Part shown: positions 63,156 to 64,000 of the stretch, piece after piece
Layout: the number at the start of each line of letters is the position of its first letter
How positions within the stretch are numbered: position 1 is the first letter of the stretch
Origin: Camelus ferus
Lineage: Eukaryota
Direction: 5' to 3'
DNA length: 64,000 nt
NCBI RefSeq assembly: GCF_009834535.1
Contig: NC_045705.1
Coordinates: forward strand, 55,428,001 to 55,492,000
Notes under the pieces: model-generated
What the model saw: only the letters and a program-made list of their open reading frames with translations
The model's database searches: none
Told to the model about the DNA's origin: nothing
Position numbers and translations under genes: made by a program

Positions 63156-64000
63156 TCAGAGGGGTTTCTGACCATAGGCCGTGGTTATGGTCTCCTTCCT
63201 CCAGCCCCTATATTTGGTCAATTTGTCCCGAAACTCCTTGGTTTTCACTGCATAAATAATAGGATTGAGCATTGTAGGCACAAGGAAGTAGAGGCTGCCA
63301 AGAATGGTGTGGATATGGGGTGGAATTCCCCGGCCAAAGCGGTGAGTGAGAAAAGAAAACAGTGAGGGAGTGTAAGAGATCAGCAGGACACAGATGTGTG
63401 TGGTGCACGTGTTTACTGCTTTTTGGTGGGCTTCCTTAGAAGACAGCCGCATTACAGCCCGGATGATCAGTACATAAGATGAGGCAATAGCTGAGATGTC
63501 TACCCCAGCAACCAAAAAGGCCACCACCAGACCATATATCCTATTGACTGTGGTGTCCACACACACCATCTTCACCACAGCCATGTGTTCACAGTAGGTG
63601 GTGGGGATGACATGCTTGGCATGAAAGGGCACCTGCTGGAGGAGGATGGGCATGGGGAGGATGAACAAGATAGCTCTCCCTAAACTCACTAGGCCAATGA
63701 GCCCAATGCGGCTGTTGGAAAGGATGGTGGCATAGCGCAGGGGCTCACAGATGGCCACATAGCGGTCAAAGGCCATGGACATGAGGATGGAGGACTGCAA
63801 GGCAGAGATGGAGTGGATGAAGAACAGCTGGACCAGGCATCCCTCATAGCTGATCTCACTCTGGCCAAACCAGAAGATGCACAGTGCCTTGGGGATGGTG
63901 GTTGTGGACATGCCCAGGTCTGTGAGGGCCAGCATACAGAGCAACAGGAACATGGGCTTGTGCAGGGAGCGCTCTGCGGAGATGGTGAAGATGATGGTGC
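63156..64000 (-). CDS. Class I olfactory receptor, family 52; 5' end lies beyond the window
   Basis: The frame is open from the window edge (TIIFTISAERSLHKPMFLLLCML) to the stop at 63156, with [34 protein letters not shown] and MLNPIIYAVKTKEF. May be the OR52U-type neighbour of OR52P1, but I cannot confirm the name. Confidence 0.9.
   Translation of the reverse strand, partial: TIIFTISAERSLHKPMFLLLCMLALTDLGMSTTTIPKALCIFWFGQSEISYEGCLVQLFFIHSISALQSSILMSMAFDRYVAICEPLRYATILSNSRIGLIGLVSLGRAILFILPMPILLQQVPFHAKHVIPTTYCEHMAVVKMVCVDTTVNRIYGLVVAFLVAGVDISAIASSYVLIIRAVMRLSSKEAHQKAVNTCTTHICVLLISYTPSLFSFLTHRFGRGIPPHIHTILGSLYFLVPTMLNPIIYAVKTKEFRDKLTKYRGWRKETITTAYGQKPL

Noticed and set aside
1-64000. Class I OR cluster enhancer (J element) or TRIM5/TRIM22 exons
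   Set aside because: No sequence I can match to either; TRIM genes are expected beyond the right end by synteny, but no RING, B-box or SPRY coding sequence is visible.

Overview
AT-rich, CpG-poor placental-mammal DNA from the class I olfactory receptor (OR) cluster. An L1 3' tail and the lack of recognisable lineage SINEs suggest an artiodactyl, possibly a camelid (inference). There are eight single-coding-exon OR loci. Four are OR52N4-like paralogs on the minus strand: 25819-26784 is intact, while 7033-7993, 16310-17276 and 42772-43739 are frameshifted. The others are an intact OR56B1-like gene (36361-37344), an OR52P1-like pseudogene (47667-48633), a decayed plus-strand OR52 pseudogene cut off by stacked L1s (56195-56840) and an uninterrupted OR52 gene running off the window end (63156-64000). 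Five of the eight are disrupted. The rest is L1, L2, MIR, solo LTRs, a Tigger1 end, microsatellites and three N gaps. I found no evidence of a new biological system. The strongest unexplained signals are (i) a mosaic of ~99%-identical coding tracts among OR52N4 copies whose flanks are only ~75% identical, consistent with gene conversion, (ii) a paralog-conserved promoter/first-exon block with an O/E-type motif and (iii) a CpG-retaining exon-like island at 61.05-61.25 kb. All gene and repeat names come from recalled sequence similarity, not database searches.
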